Positions 26,555 through 37,106 are shown, counted from the first letter of the stretch. The stretch is 64,000 nucleotides of DNA from an uncultured Actinomycetes bacterium (GCA_963710985.1 CAVQCI010000003.1:1026096-1090095), one strand, 5' to 3'. Notes: generated from the sequence alone by a model not told the origin. Numbers and translations are program-made.

Positions 26555-27550
26555 CAGAACAACGAGGATGGGCGAACGACGGCGCAGGCTAGTCAGGCCG
26601 TCGATACCCTCGAGCGGGGTCCCGAACGCAACGCCCGTCCAGAGGACAAGAGGGCGGCGGGAGTCATCGCCCAACCGACCTTGCTCCCGCCGCCCGTAGG
26701 TCACGTGGGAACCGATCACGTCGAAGGCCGAGGCCCCTGAGTTGGCCGACCGCCTCACCGACCGCTTCAACCTCCCCAAACGGGGCAGCCACATCCGGCG
26801 CGAGGTAAGAGCCTCACGGGGCGCCGCCGGCAGTGGATCGAGTCCGACACCGGCGAGGACGTCCTCAACGACCAGCCATCGAGCTGGACCGCGACCTCCA
26901 GGTAGGCGAGCACCCAGCCCAACGCACCTCTCGCGTCTGCCCGTCGTTGTAGAAACGACGGATGTCCGAGGAGGAACTCCCGGCGAAGTGCGCTGACGCG
27001 AGGATGCTCAAGGGAAGGAGAAGCACATACGCCAATCATCTGGGGGCGAGGCAGCCCGCGAGCCACGCGAGGGAAGCGGCTCTCGGCGTCCGAGGGCGGT
27101 CCGTACCCGGAGCGCGTAGGCGTCGGGTGGTCAGCTGCGGACACACGGTCGGGCGGCGCTCCGCCACTTCGCCCTCCCTTATCGCCCGGCGCCGGCAGCG
27201 GTAGCCGCAATCACCGAGGCCGCGCAGACACGCGGTGATGAGACCCGTGTATCGGTCGCCCGGTCCGCGGATGTGCATGACCGTGCGTCACGCCCGTGAG
27301 CGGGGTAGCTGGTGAACCGGATGGACCGGTGCATCAAGGGACGTGAGTGGGTCTTCTCTCCGGACGAGCGAGCGCGCTCGAGCAACGCCATATCAGCGGG
27401 CGTCGCGGATGGGTGGGGGACGAGTTGCGAGGAACCCGAGGGAGCGAGCAGAGTTCCGGGGTGGCGACCGGCACGACCTTCGGATACGCGCGTCCTGACG
27501 ACGGGGCGTAGATCGGGTACCGGGTCGACGGCGAGGGACCCATCGACATC

Positions 27551-28798
27551 GTGTGGCAGCCCGACTGGCCCGGGAACGTCGATCTCGACTGGCAGGATCC
27601 TCTCCTCGGACCCTGGCTGAGCGGTCTCGCGTCGGTCGCTCGCGTCATCACGCACGACCATCGTGGTGTCGGCCTTTCGAGCCGAGACGTGGACCTTCCC
27701 ACGCTCGAGGTACGAGTGTCCGATCTCCTCAGCGTGCTGCGGGCGACCGGTGCGCGACGGCCCGTCCTGATGGGCGTCTTCAGCACGGGCTCGGTGCACG
27801 TCTTGCTGGCGGCGATGCGCCCTACCTTGCCGCGTGCGTTGGTTTGGCTCGAGCCTACGGCCCGCTACGGCTGGGCGCCGGACTACCCGTGGGGTTTGAC
27901 CGACGAGCAGTGGCAACTGCAGCGGGAGTTCATCCACCTATGGGGGACCGTCGGGTACGGGAAGGCCTTCTGGGAGGAAGAGGAGGCGGCCGGCAATCCG
28001 ATGCCGATAGAAGCCATCGAGCACACGGCGTTCCAGACCAGGAACGCCTGCACGCCCGACGTCGCTGAGCGGCTCACGGACATCTGGTACGAGGCCGACG
28101 TTCGGTCGATCCTTCCGAGCGTGAAGACGCCCACCTTGCTCCTCGTTCATGAGGAGCGTGAGTCGAGCGTCGAAGAGGCGAACTACATCGCCTCGAAGAT
28201 GCCCGCTGCAGAGGTCCGGGTGATGCCGGGCTTGGCGTGGTCCGCCGAGGAGCATGCTGCGTGGGTCGAGGCGATCCGGGATTTCGTCGGCATCGCGCGC
28301 CCCCACCCGACGTTGGGGTCCGTCCTCTCGACCGTGCTGTTCACGGACATCGTGGGATCCACCGAGCGGCAAGCTGAGGTGGGCGATCGCAGCTGGACCA
28401 ACGTCTTGCAGCGGCACCATTCGATCGTTCGTGATGCGCTGAAGCGTTGGCAGGGAGAGGAGATCGACACCGCCGGGGACGGCTTCTACGCGACGTTCGA
28501 CGGTCCTGCTCGTGCGATCCGCTCTGCGTTCGAGGTCAGCGAGCGTGTCCGTGAGTTGGGGATCGAGATCCGTGCCGGGATCCACACAGGGGAGTGCGAG
28601 ATGGTGGACGGCAAACCCGGAGGTCTCGCCGTCTCGGTCGGCGCGCGGGTCGCGGCCGTCGCCGGCCCCTCCGAGGTGCTCGTCTCTGGAACCGTCAGGG
28701 ACCTCGTGGCAGGTTCGGGCCTCCGCTTCGAAGATGCTGGCGAACATGAACTCAAGGGTGTCCCCGGCAAGCCGCACCTCTACCGAGTGGTGGCGTGA
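27551..28798 (+). CDS. Class III adenylate/guanylate cyclase with N-terminal alpha/beta-hydrolase-like domain (N-terminus cut by an in-frame TAG)
   Basis: Cyclase motifs VLFTDIVGSTE, TAGDGFYATFD and IRAGIHTGECE. Homology continues upstream to a GTG at 27461 (TFGYARPDDGA-stop-IGYRVDGEGPIDIV) across a TAG at 27509-27511. Confidence 0.75.
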   Translation: MWQPDWPGNVDLDWQDPLLGPWLSGLASVARVITHDHRGVGLSSRDVDLPTLEVRVSDLLSVLRATGARRPVLMGVFSTGSVHVLLAAMRPTLPRALVWLEPTARYGWAPDYPWGLTDEQWQLQREFIHLWGTVGYGKAFWEEEEAAGNPMPIEAIEHTAFQTRNACTPDVAERLTDIWYEADVRSILPSVKTPTLLLVHEERESSVEEANYIASKMPAAEVRVMPGLAWSAEEHAAWVEAIRDFVGIARPHPTLGSVLSTVLFTDIVGSTERQAEVGDRSWTNVLQRHHSIVRDALKRWQGEEIDTAGDGFYATFDGPARAIRSAFEVSERVRELGIEIRAGIHTGECEMVDGKPGGLAVSVGARVAAVAGPSEVLVSGTVRDLVAGSGLRFEDAGEHELKGVPGKPHLYRVVA

Positions 28799-28980
28799 CA
28801 CCGTCGCCTGAGCGGGCGGACCGAGAGATGGAGTCATTGCGGTAGCCCTCGCCATGCGGTCGATCATCGTCCGACCCGCGAGAGGTCGGCACCGTGCGTC
28901 TTGAAAGGTAGGTGTGTCGATTCGCCTGAGTGGCGTTCGGTCCCAAGTTCGCTGAGGGCTTGCGGGGTGCGGCCTCGGGA

Positions 28981-29283
28981 TCATCCGGGAACGGAACCGA
29001 AGAGGAACGTCGCGACGATCAGTACGAACACGAGCGCGAAGCAGGCGACGACGACCCAGCCGATGACCATAGCCGCCGACGCGAGCCATCGTCCGCGCTG
29101 TCCGCTGATGGCGATCTCCTTCTTCGCCTGGTCTCCGAGGATCAGCGCCGGGACCGCCGCCAGGAGGTTCAGCGGGAAGACGAGGATCGCGAAGACGACC
29201 GACCACACAGCTTTGTGGTTCCAGGGCTGCGACGAGGAAGGCGTGACCGATGGCTTTGATAGACGCGGAGGTTGTGTCGTCAT
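28981..29283 (-). CDS. DUF4190-like small membrane protein
   Basis: 100 aa with two TM helices flanking LILGDQAKKEIAISGQRGRWLA, typical of DUF4190. Confidence 0.65.
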   Translation of the reverse strand: MTTQPPRLSKPSVTPSSSQPWNHKAVWSVVFAILVFPLNLLAAVPALILGDQAKKEIAISGQRGRWLASAAMVIGWVVVACFALVFVLIVATFLFGSVPG

Positions 29284-29602
29284 GGCTCCTCCTCGTCGCC
29301 TCTCCCGACGATCGTCGGGACTCGAGGAAGATCCTTCCAGTGGAGAACGGCCCGCTGCCCGCGGGACCGACGGGCGGCGATGGGGAGGTAACTAGGGAAC
29401 GAGGAACCGTTGGCGGATGGGGGTTAGTTGGTCATTGGGGCACGACATCCGTCGGCGGTAACCGTGTGTCTTCGGACATAGCAGCTTAGAAGTCGGGCGT
29501 GCGATACGGTGCCGCGACGACGCCCTCGTTCGACACCGACGTGGGAGCTCGTCGACCGGATCCTCCGCGAACCCCAGCGGTTCCTCGAGACGACGGTAGC
29601 GA

Positions 29603-31063
29603 TCACTTCGTGAAGTCGATCTCCGAGCGGGCCAGACATGCCGTTCTCGGCGGGGGCGAAGAGGGGTTGTTCAGCCACCGACTCCAGATGCGGACCTGGC
29701 ACCCACTGAGAAAGAGGGGGCGATGGTCGGCCGTGGGGACCTCGAGCGTGAAGGATCCGCGCAGGGACGAACGACTCAGCTCCGGGACGGAACGGGGAGG
29801 GCTGAAGGGGTCGAACCTCCCCGCCACGAGCAGCGTCGGGATCGCTGGCACGAGCTCGTCGCCCACCGCGGGCTCAGTCGCGCCGTCCGCCCATTCCGTG
29901 CACGCCGCTTCGTACGGGTCCGAGCCGAACGCTCGCCTGACCCCAGGGATCCGGACGACCGATCGCAGCCTCCCGGGGAGGCTGAGGGCGACGCCTCCTT
30001 CGGGGCAGAGGGCGGAGAGGTACGCTCCGAGGCTTCCTTCTTGGTCGCATCCGGCCCGGTAACCGGCACAGAGTGGCACGCGAGCCCGGTAGGCAGCGAG
30101 TAGATCGGGGTCGATCCTGCCGTGCGAGGCGGCAGTCACGATCTTCGGCACGTCCGGGATCGAGGCCAGATCCTCCGCCACGTAGGTTTCCAGACCACGG
30201 ACGAACGCATCCGCGCCGAACGCGAGCTCGACACCGCCCGAGCGAACGACGATCGGCTGTCCTTGCAGCCGATCGATCGTTCGTCGCCACGTGTCACGAA
30301 GCGCCGGATAGCGCCGATCGCACGCGGGTCGAGCCCGGCAGGTCTTGAAGATCATGCGCAGCACGAGGCTGGTGCCAACGGCCAGGTCGGCGCCCCGTGA
30401 CACGGAGAGCTGCGGTGAGTCCAGGAACACGGCTCGCAGGTGGTCCGGATACCGGCGCATCACTTCAATGGCGATGACTGCACCGGTCCCGGATGCGCCC
30501 AGGTCCCACGCATCGATGCCGAGGGCACGTCGGAGGTCCCCGACGTCTGCCGCCGTGGCAGCGAGATCGAAGTTTGCGGGGTCCGTGCCGGCGGAGACCA
30601 GGCGCGAGCGGCACGCGGAGACGGCCACGAGGAACGCGGCACGATCGTCGTCCGCAGTCTCCGTCTCGGGACAGGAGAGCGACGGACGTGAGTGGCCGCT
30701 CCCTCTCGGGTCGATGACGTAGACGACGCGGCGGAGCAACTGCGGGGCGGCCTGCAGACCGCCGTAGTCAGGGAGGCCACCCACCTCGCCCCCGACGATG
30801 ATCACGGGGTCCTGCCGCAGGGGATCGTCGGGTGGGTCCATGCGGGTGACGAAGACCTGGATCGTCGGACCCTGGGGACGGGTCCGATCCTCGAGCACGG
30901 TGATGAACCCGCACGAATGCGACACGAGCAGCAGCAGGTTGACGTCTCGAGGGCAGGGCGTGGGCCTGAAGCTGGGGTGGAAGGCGCGGGGTCCTCCTCC
31001 GCCGGTGCAAGCCACGAGCAGGATGGAGAGGGCAAGCGCGGCTCCGCGCCGGCTCGCCCGCAC
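29603..31063 (-). CDS. Secreted alpha/beta hydrolase, tripeptidyl-aminopeptidase (TAP)-like lipoprotein
   Basis: The GTG at 31063 follows the upstream stop. Lipobox LLVACTGG, and a C-terminal TAP-like region (PTLLVAGRFDPFSPP). Confidence 0.7.
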   Translation of the reverse strand: MRASRRGAALALSILLVACTGGGGPRAFHPSFRPTPCPRDVNLLLLVSHSCGFITVLEDRTRPQGPTIQVFVTRMDPPDDPLRQDPVIIVGGEVGGLPDYGGLQAAPQLLRRVVYVIDPRGSGHSRPSLSCPETETADDDRAAFLVAVSACRSRLVSAGTDPANFDLAATAADVGDLRRALGIDAWDLGASGTGAVIAIEVMRRYPDHLRAVFLDSPQLSVSRGADLAVGTSLVLRMIFKTCRARPACDRRYPALRDTWRRTIDRLQGQPIVVRSGGVELAFGADAFVRGLETYVAEDLASIPDVPKIVTAASHGRIDPDLLAAYRARVPLCAGYRAGCDQEGSLGAYLSALCPEGGVALSLPGRLRSVVRIPGVRRAFGSDPYEAACTEWADGATEPAVGDELVPAIPTLLVAGRFDPFSPPRSVPELSRSSLRGSFTLEVPTADHRPLFLSGCQVRIWSRWLNNPSSPPPRTACLARSEIDFTK

Positions 31064-31064
31064 G

Positions 31065-31697
31065 TCAGCCCACCCTGCGGAGCGGGAAGCTCGCGAACAG
31101 CGTGGTGTTGTACGGGCCGTCGTGGCGGTCACACTGCGCGATCACGTGAAGGCGCAATCCGGTGCCACTGACGGAGGAGGAGTACGTGCCGGTACACCGC
31201 GGGGAGCTGAGGGTGAGCGTCCCGTCCGGGGCGACCCGGGCCGTCGCCTCGTACCCCACGACCGGTGGCCCGCCGTCGCCGCTCTCGAACTCGACGAAGC
31301 GTGCCCCGGCGAAGCGGAGGGTGATGACGGCGTAGTCCTTCGACCCGTTGCCGAGCTGAGCGAAGAAGCCGCGCCCCTCGGCTCGCGTTCCGCCGGCTGC
31401 GACGAACGCCGCGACGGTCTGCGCCCGATCCAGCCTCGACGAGCGCCATGTCCCGTCCAGGGAAGGGACGGCGATCGTAGGTGATGCCCCGGGGATCGGA
31501 GTGGCCCCCCCGCCGAGCCCGTGCAGGGAGCCGACCAACACGGCCACGCCGACGGTGATCGCCAGCGCGACCACGACCGTCGCCACGCGCTGCCGTTGCT
31601 GGCGCCGCTGCTGGCGGTCGAGCATCCGCTCGAGGGCACCAGAGGGGAGATCGAAGCGCTCCCCCTCGTGCTCGAGGGCTCGCTTGAGGTCAGCCAT
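31065..31697 (-). CDS. Membrane-anchored putative anti-sigma factor
   Basis: The start overlaps the sigma gene stop (ATGGCTGA). It has a short cytoplasmic N-terminus, one TM helix and an extracytoplasmic domain. Confidence 0.5.
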   Translation of the reverse strand: MADLKRALEHEGERFDLPSGALERMLDRQQRRQQRQRVATVVVALAITVGVAVLVGSLHGLGGGATPIPGASPTIAVPSLDGTWRSSRLDRAQTVAAFVAAGGTRAEGRGFFAQLGNGSKDYAVITLRFAGARFVEFESGDGGPPVVGYEATARVAPDGTLTLSSPRCTGTYSSSVSGTGLRLHVIAQCDRHDGPYNTTLFASFPLRRVG

Positions 31698-32361
31698 CTC
31701 GATCCTCCAGGAGCCGCCGCATCACCGCACGTCCTTGTGAGGCGAGCACGCGGGCCGTCACCGCCCGCGTGCCCATCAGGCGTCCGGCCTCCTCCGAGCT
31801 GTAGCCGAGCAGCTCGGTGAGGACGATGGCCGTTCGCTGCCTCCTGCTCAGCATGCCCAGCGCTCGGCGTACGACCTCTCGGTCCTCGGCTGCCGCGAAC
31901 TCGTCTGCGGGGAGGGTGTTGGCGACCGGCTGCCGGAGGATCCTGGCCGCGCGCTTCCACCGCTTGTGCACGAGGCGGAACGCCGTGCGGTAGAGGTAGC
32001 CGGTGGGGTCGTCCATCTCGCTGACCCGGTCCCAGCGCTCCAGGACGCTGATGAACGCGTCCTGCATCACCTCCTCGGCTTCCTGGCGGTCGCCCGTGAT
32101 CAGGCACAGCCGTCGGTACAGGGTTCGGCTCTCCGCTTCGAAGAACTCCTCGAAGCTCTGGGCCTCGCTCACCGGCTCGGGTCTCGCGGCGCCGTCGCTG
32201 GCGACGATCCTCAACGGTTCTGGCATCTGTGAACGAGAAGGCGCCATGGGCTCGGATCGTTCAGGTGCGCGCATCGGATCGCCGGCAACCGGGTGCGGGA
32301 AGCCTACGGCCTGAACGTTCCGGGCCGATACCCCCTTCTTCTTCTGTGACGGCGAAGACAT
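31690..32361 (-). CDS. ECF-type RNA polymerase sigma factor
   Basis: Region 2 (LYRRLCLITGDRQEAEEVMQDAF, GYLYRTAF) and region 4 (LSRRQRTAIVLTELLGYSSEEAGRLMG). The start is uncertain (in-frame ATGs at 32361, 32274, 32247 and 32226). Confidence 0.85.
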   Translation of the reverse strand: MSSPSQKKKGVSARNVQAVGFPHPVAGDPMRAPERSEPMAPSRSQMPEPLRIVASDGAARPEPVSEAQSFEEFFEAESRTLYRRLCLITGDRQEAEEVMQDAFISVLERWDRVSEMDDPTGYLYRTAFRLVHKRWKRAARILRQPVANTLPADEFAAAEDREVVRRALGMLSRRQRTAIVLTELLGYSSEEAGRLMGTRAVTARVLASQGRAVMRRLLEDRDG

Positions 32362-32384
32362 CGCTGGCGATGGGAGGGGGTCTC

Positions 32385-33344
32385 ATGTCCCGTTTCAAGG
32401 AACCGGTCGTGCTGTTGATGACGGTGACGACGCTGCTCGCGGTGGTACCACAGGCGGCGTCGGCGAAGGTTGCCGGTCAGAACGGGAGGATCACGTTCGG
32501 CCGGTTCAACGACAGTATCGGTGACTTCGAGATCTTCACGGCCGCCTCGGACGGCTCGGATCAGGTGCAGCTCCTGCCCGGGGCGGCGGAATGTCCGCGG
32601 TGGTCACCGGACGGGACGAGCGTGCTCGTGTGCGCGGCGGACCCAGCGGGACTGATCCGACCCGCGACCGTCAAGCCCGATGGCACTGATTTCACCCTGC
32701 TGGATACGCCTGATCCGACCCTGAACCTGGGATGTTGGGCATGGGGCGCGTACGGCTACCGGGTCGCGTGCGAGGGCTGGGACGACATCCACCCAGAGAG
32801 AGCTGCCGGGATCTTCACCGTGCGAGCGTCAGACGGGGGAGGGTTGACCCGTGTGACCACGAACCCCTTCGGAGGACACGACATCCCGGGTGACTACGCA
32901 CCGAACGGGGGCCGGATCGTCTTCGCTCGGAACAACGACCCGCTGCAGGATCCGGACAACGAGAGCGCCGCCCTCTTCGTCGTGAACACCGATGGCAGCG
33001 GTCTGCGACGGATCACGCCGTGGAACTTCGCGGAGGATTGGGGAACCTGGTCCCCCGACGGGCGATGGATCGCCTTCACGAACACGAAGGGGAAGCTGTT
33101 CTTCGTGCGCCCGGACGGATCGGGGCTGCACCAGGTGCCCATCGCCATCGAGGCGGGTCGTGCGTACGCATCCCAGCCGGCGTGGGCGCCCGACGGCACT
33201 CGCCTCGTGCTTCGCGCGTACCTCACGGTGACCGGTGAGGTGCATCTGTTCACGGTCAAGGCCGACGGCACGGATCTGCAGGAGGTGGCGGGCACCGTGG
33301 GCAACGAGGAGTTCCCGGATTGGGGGCCGGCTGCGGCCGCTTAG
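32385..33344 (+). CDS. Secreted TolB-like beta-propeller (PD40 repeat) protein
   Basis: GGGAGGGGG precedes the ATG; signal peptide ends ...AVVPQAASA. SPDG/APDG/ADGT repeat units recur. Confidence 0.75.
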   Translation: MSRFKEPVVLLMTVTTLLAVVPQAASAKVAGQNGRITFGRFNDSIGDFEIFTAASDGSDQVQLLPGAAECPRWSPDGTSVLVCAADPAGLIRPATVKPDGTDFTLLDTPDPTLNLGCWAWGAYGYRVACEGWDDIHPERAAGIFTVRASDGGGLTRVTTNPFGGHDIPGDYAPNGGRIVFARNNDPLQDPDNESAALFVVNTDGSGLRRITPWNFAEDWGTWSPDGRWIAFTNTKGKLFFVRPDGSGLHQVPIAIEAGRAYASQPAWAPDGTRLVLRAYLTVTGEVHLFTVKADGTDLQEVAGTVGNEEFPDWGPAAAA

Positions 33345-33487
33345 CCGCTCACTCTGCAGGGGGGGATCTGGCCCTGGCGCCGCGGGAGCTGCGCCGGGCC
33401 CGTGGCGATCTCGCGTCGTGACGGCCGAGGTCGTGTACGAGGTTGAGGATGCCGGCCGCGACCGGTTTGCGAGAACGGTCGGGTAGG

Positions 33488-33608
33488 CCGTGTGTCGAGG
33501 CGCACGACACTCGGGGTGCATGACCGTGTGTCAGGACGACCTCCCTGCGGCGCAACCCTCGCAGCGTGCGATCTGTCAGCGAGCCACGGGACCGGCCGAC
33601 CGTGTGTC
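33488..33608 (+). repeat. Cluster of CCGTGTGTC motifs, two with short inverted partners
   Basis: Motifs at 33488, 33524 and 33600. Two form local hairpins (CCGTGTGTCG...CGACACTCGG and GTGTGTC-TACG-GACACAC). The cluster lies between convergent gene ends. Confidence 0.65.
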
Positions 33609-33679
33609 TACGGACACACCGTGGAGCAGGTCGACGACGTACGTGCGCCCATGGGCCGCCGACGTCGATGGGGGAACGA

Positions 33680-34894
33680 CTATCTGAGCCGGTGACTCTG
33701 TGCCGTGACGGCGTCCACGCTCCGGTTCGCGAGATCCTTCTCGAGCGGGGTGCGAAAGCGTGGGATCGCGCGCACGTTCCCGAGCCACTCCTGGACGCGG
33801 TCGCGCTCCCGGCGCACGCGCCTCACGGTTCCGGGGTCGACCTTCTCCAGGAGCTCCACGGCGACGGTGCCGTCCGCCCGTTGCGCCCATCCGCCGATCG
33901 CCCGACCGTCCGCGAACACCGTCGGCCCCGCGTTGCCGTTCCTATCGAACAACATCGGGCCGTGCTCGCCGAGGTACCACCCCCGGAGCTTCCAGCCCAT
34001 GACCGTCGGGTCGAGACCGGGCAGCAAACGGACCCATGGAGCCGGCGTGGGGGCGAGTTGCGTATCGCGCGGCAGGACGTAGCCGCGCTCGCCGCCGTCG
34101 AGCTCGACGTCGACCGCGCGAACCGCTTGCAGAGCCGCCATGGTCTGCTTGAGGGTCCAGCCCGTCCACCAGCGGAGGTCTGCCTCCGTCACCGGCCCGA
34201 ACGCCTTCAGATAGCGACGGACGAGCTCAGCACTCGCATCCGCACGGTCGGTCACCTGCAGGGGTTCGCCGAGCCAGGTCGCGAGCTCCGCCCACCGGTA
34301 CTGGCCGGAGATCCACGAACCGCGCGGGCGCGTCCGCACGATCTTCCCCTCGGTGGCCAGCAGGAACAGGATGCGTGTCGACATCCCGACATCACGCGCC
34401 CAGGTCGAGTTGGTGTCGAACCGCAGCTTGAGTGCGAGCTCGGGGACATCCTTCGACAGGTCGACGGCCGCGGCCTCGCCCCGGTCGCGGAGTGCCGCGA
34501 GCGTCCGGTCGCTGACGCGATCGATCCAGCGAGCGCCATCCCTCGTGATGCCTTGCTCTTCGATCCACCGGATCAGGCGTCGGCGTTGCTGCGGAGCGAG
34601 GAGCTTCGTACATGCCTCGTCGACCACGGCCGCCACGTCACGCGAGACGACGAACAACGTGCGGCGCATGCCCAACATCCGCACGAGCGTCTTGTCCTCG
34701 TAGAGCGCGCGCTCGAGATCGGCGTGCCGGAACCGGCGCACGCGCGCGAGCGCGGACAGGTACACGGTCGAGGGGTCGCTCGAGTGCAGCGCGACCAACC
34801 GGTCCACCGCGCGCTCGACCGTCGGCACGGATACCTCGAGGGCGTGACGCTGCCCGAGACGGGCACGGCGTTCCTCGACGCTGATCCTGGCCAC
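33680..34894 (-). CDS. Winged-helix DNA-binding protein of the YcaQ/AlkZ (DUF1006) family
   Basis: 404 aa. N-terminal EERRARLGQRHAL, and the length and C-terminal pattern (DRNGNAGPTVFADGRAIGGW) fit crosslink-repair glycosylase-like proteins. Confidence 0.7.
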   Translation of the reverse strand: MARISVEERRARLGQRHALEVSVPTVERAVDRLVALHSSDPSTVYLSALARVRRFRHADLERALYEDKTLVRMLGMRRTLFVVSRDVAAVVDEACTKLLAPQQRRRLIRWIEEQGITRDGARWIDRVSDRTLAALRDRGEAAAVDLSKDVPELALKLRFDTNSTWARDVGMSTRILFLLATEGKIVRTRPRGSWISGQYRWAELATWLGEPLQVTDRADASAELVRRYLKAFGPVTEADLRWWTGWTLKQTMAALQAVRAVDVELDGGERGYVLPRDTQLAPTPAPWVRLLPGLDPTVMGWKLRGWYLGEHGPMLFDRNGNAGPTVFADGRAIGGWAQRADGTVAVELLEKVDPGTVRRVRRERDRVQEWLGNVRAIPRFRTPLEKDLANRSVDAVTAQSHRLR

Positions 34895-34939
34895 CGCAGG
34901 TTCACCGCATGACCGAGCGCGCGACGCTCTCCAGGTGCG

Positions 34940-35461
34940 TCATGTCGCCGTGAACGGCTGCCCGAACGTCTCCGTCGACGCGACCTCGCCGAGCGGCTTC
35001 CGGCTCTTGCGGCCCCGGCTCGCCGGACGCCGCGGATACCCGAACGGCACGACGGCGATCACGTCGTACGTGTCGGGGATACCTGCGAGCTCCCCCACGT
35101 CGCGCAAGCCCGCGAATCCGGTCCAGTTGGAGCCGACCCCTTCCGCCCACGCCGTGAGCATCATCGACTGGATCGCCCGACTCGCGTCGGAGAGCGCGAA
35201 CCGGCTGTCTCGCTCGGCGGCGACGATCACCGCCAGCGCTGACCCCGAGACGTAAGGGCCGGTCTTCACCAGACGTCCGAGCTCCTGCAACCGCGATCGA
35301 TCGCGCACGACGACGAAGTGCCACGGTTGGCCGTTCATCGAGCTCGCGCTGAGGTGCGCCGCCTCGATGATCCTCGTGATGAGGTCGTCGGGGATCGGCT
35401 CCTCCTTGTACTCCCGGACCGCTACTATCGTCCGCACCGCATCGAAGACCGCGTTGTCCAT
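34940..35461 (-). CDS. Nitroreductase family protein
   Basis: RTIVAVREYKEEPIPDD, SASSMNGQPWHFVVV and GIPDTYDVIAVVPFGYP. Confidence 0.85.
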   Translation of the reverse strand: MDNAVFDAVRTIVAVREYKEEPIPDDLITRIIEAAHLSASSMNGQPWHFVVVRDRSRLQELGRLVKTGPYVSGSALAVIVAAERDSRFALSDASRAIQSMMLTAWAEGVGSNWTGFAGLRDVGELAGIPDTYDVIAVVPFGYPRRPASRGRKSRKPLGEVASTETFGQPFTAT

Positions 35462-35663
35462 GCCTCGATCGTAGTTGCAGGACGTGGATACGCGGACCCG
35501 TCCGCCCCTCGGAGGGGTTACCCGTCCGCCGACCCGCGCCAGGTTGATGGAATCTCGACGTTGTCACGAGGGTGCCTCGCAGGCCGTTGCCATCCTTCGG
35601 CTCATCTTCGAGTAGGACCACAGCGCGCTTGCCCCCTTTCGTGTCGACATCCTGTCTTCGGAG

Positions 35664-35800
35664 CCGTGTGTCGAACTCCGGCTGGCGCAACGGAGCGTCT
35701 GCCATCCTCAGTGGTGGGGCGCCGTGTGTCATGGATGACACGCGCTTGTGCATGACCGTGTGTACTTCAAGCGACCAACGGCCGGCGGTAACCGCGTGCC
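35664..35800 (+). repeat. Cluster of four CCGTGTGTC-type motifs in a divergent intergenic region
   Basis: Exact copies at 35664 and 35722, and variants at 35754 (ACCGTGTGTA) and 35791 (ACCGCGTGCC). Spacings are 58, 32 and 37 nt. Confidence 0.6.
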
Positions 35801-36079
35801 TTCTTCGATGCGAGAGGACGCATGCACCAACGGAGTTTCTCTCGCGTCGGCGGGAGGTTGGCCGATCTTCCTCGTGCTTCGTGGGTGAGAAGCCTCGGCG
35901 TCGGCTCCGGTGGTCTGCAGCAGGTGAACACCTGGCTCGCTCCGGTCCCGTCCGATTGGGGTCCGTCGCCCCTGCGGCCACCCCTAGGGCCCTGCATAGG
36001 GTGAATGGACTACAGCACCGGGAGAGCATGCACCTCAGGGTGAGGAGCGCGCCTCCCGGCGGAGGGAGGAGATTCCGAG

Positions 36080-37012
36080 ATGCGGAGGACCATAGCGTTA
36101 CTCGTGTCAGGGCTGACGGCGTTGGCGTTCATGATGGCGCCGACGGCCGCCGGCGCAGCGGCGACCCCACAGGGCCTTTGGGGGCCACCTACCGTACCCC
36201 CGTGCGTCGCGGTTTCAGGTGATCCATGCGGGATCGCTGACACGGCGAGTTATGAGCTGGGCGTCAAGTTCCAGACATCGGCTCCGATCTACGTGGTCGG
36301 AGTGCGGTTCTATCGAACCGACGGTGGGATGTCGTCCGGCAGCCTCTGGAACTACGGGGTCACAACACCGCTTCGGACCGGCACCGTTTCCAACGCCGTC
36401 ATAGGCTGGGAGGACGTGACCTTCAACACTCCGATGGCGATGGCGCCGGGCGACACGTTCATCGCGTCTTACGCCGCACCTAATGGCGGATACGCCTACG
36501 AGCACAACTACTTCTCCAGTAGCGGGTTCACCGTGGGACCGGTGACCGCCCTGCAATCAGGCGTGATCGGCCCCAACGGTGTGTACAACAACGACCCGGG
36601 CGCCCTCCCGGCGGATAGCTTCATGGACTCGAACTACTGGGTGACGCCCCTGTGGATCCCCCAGTACACGCTCAGCGGCTTCTACTCACCGGTGGACATG
36701 AGCGGGGTGTTCAACACGGTGAAGGGCGGTTCGACCGTCCCGCTGAAGTTCGAGGTCTTCTGGGGTGGTGACGAGCAGACCGATGTTGCCGTCGTCGACA
36801 GTTTCAAGGCCACGCCGATTACCTGCCCCAGCGGTAGCGTGACGACCGATCAGATCGAGGTCACCACGACCGGAGGGACGAGCCTCCGCTACGACCCTAC
36901 GGCAGGCCAGTTCGTCCAGAACTGGAAGACGCCGAAGAAGGCCGGGTGCTACGAGGTCACGATGTTCACCGCGGACGGCTCCTCTCTCAGTGCCAACTTC
37001 CAGCTGAAGTAG
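36080..37012 (+). CDS. Secreted DUF4082-domain protein with a C-terminal PxKF-like domain
   Basis: Signal peptide; YELGVKF...VGVRFYR (DUF4082); GFYSPVDMSGVFNTVKGGSTVPLKFEV. Confidence 0.7.
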   Translation: MRRTIALLVSGLTALAFMMAPTAAGAAATPQGLWGPPTVPPCVAVSGDPCGIADTASYELGVKFQTSAPIYVVGVRFYRTDGGMSSGSLWNYGVTTPLRTGTVSNAVIGWEDVTFNTPMAMAPGDTFIASYAAPNGGYAYEHNYFSSSGFTVGPVTALQSGVIGPNGVYNNDPGALPADSFMDSNYWVTPLWIPQYTLSGFYSPVDMSGVFNTVKGGSTVPLKFEVFWGGDEQTDVAVVDSFKATPITCPSGSVTTDQIEVTTTGGTSLRYDPTAGQFVQNWKTPKKAGCYEVTMFTADGSSLSANFQLK

Positions 37013-37036
37013 AGGACCTGGGAGCTCCGATCATTT

Positions 37037-37064
37037 GGAGGGCCGGTCTTCGGACCGGCCCTCC
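37037..37064 (+). terminator. Intrinsic-terminator-like hairpin after the DUF4082 gene
   Basis: Perfect 12-bp stem GGAGGGCCGGTC / GACCGGCCCTCC with a TTCG loop, 25 nt after the stop. The T-tail is weak. Confidence 0.55.
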
Positions 37065-37081
37065 CGGTTCTCCGCAGTGAG

Positions 37082-37106
37082 CCACGGAAGGTCGGCACCG
37101 TGTTTC
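37082..37106 (+). repeat. att-like hairpin motif (variant)
   Basis: CCACGGAAGGTCGGCACCGTGTTTC followed by ATGCAGA, as at 49906-49936. It abuts a putative integrase 3' remnant. Confidence 0.5.

Noticed and set aside
33488-33608. Periodic CCGTGTGTC clusters (also 35664-35800 and 20995-21040) considered as a degenerate CRISPR array.
   Set aside because: Only 9-12 nt are conserved per unit. Spacing is irregular (32-76 nt), there are at most four units, and no cas genes or leader are present.
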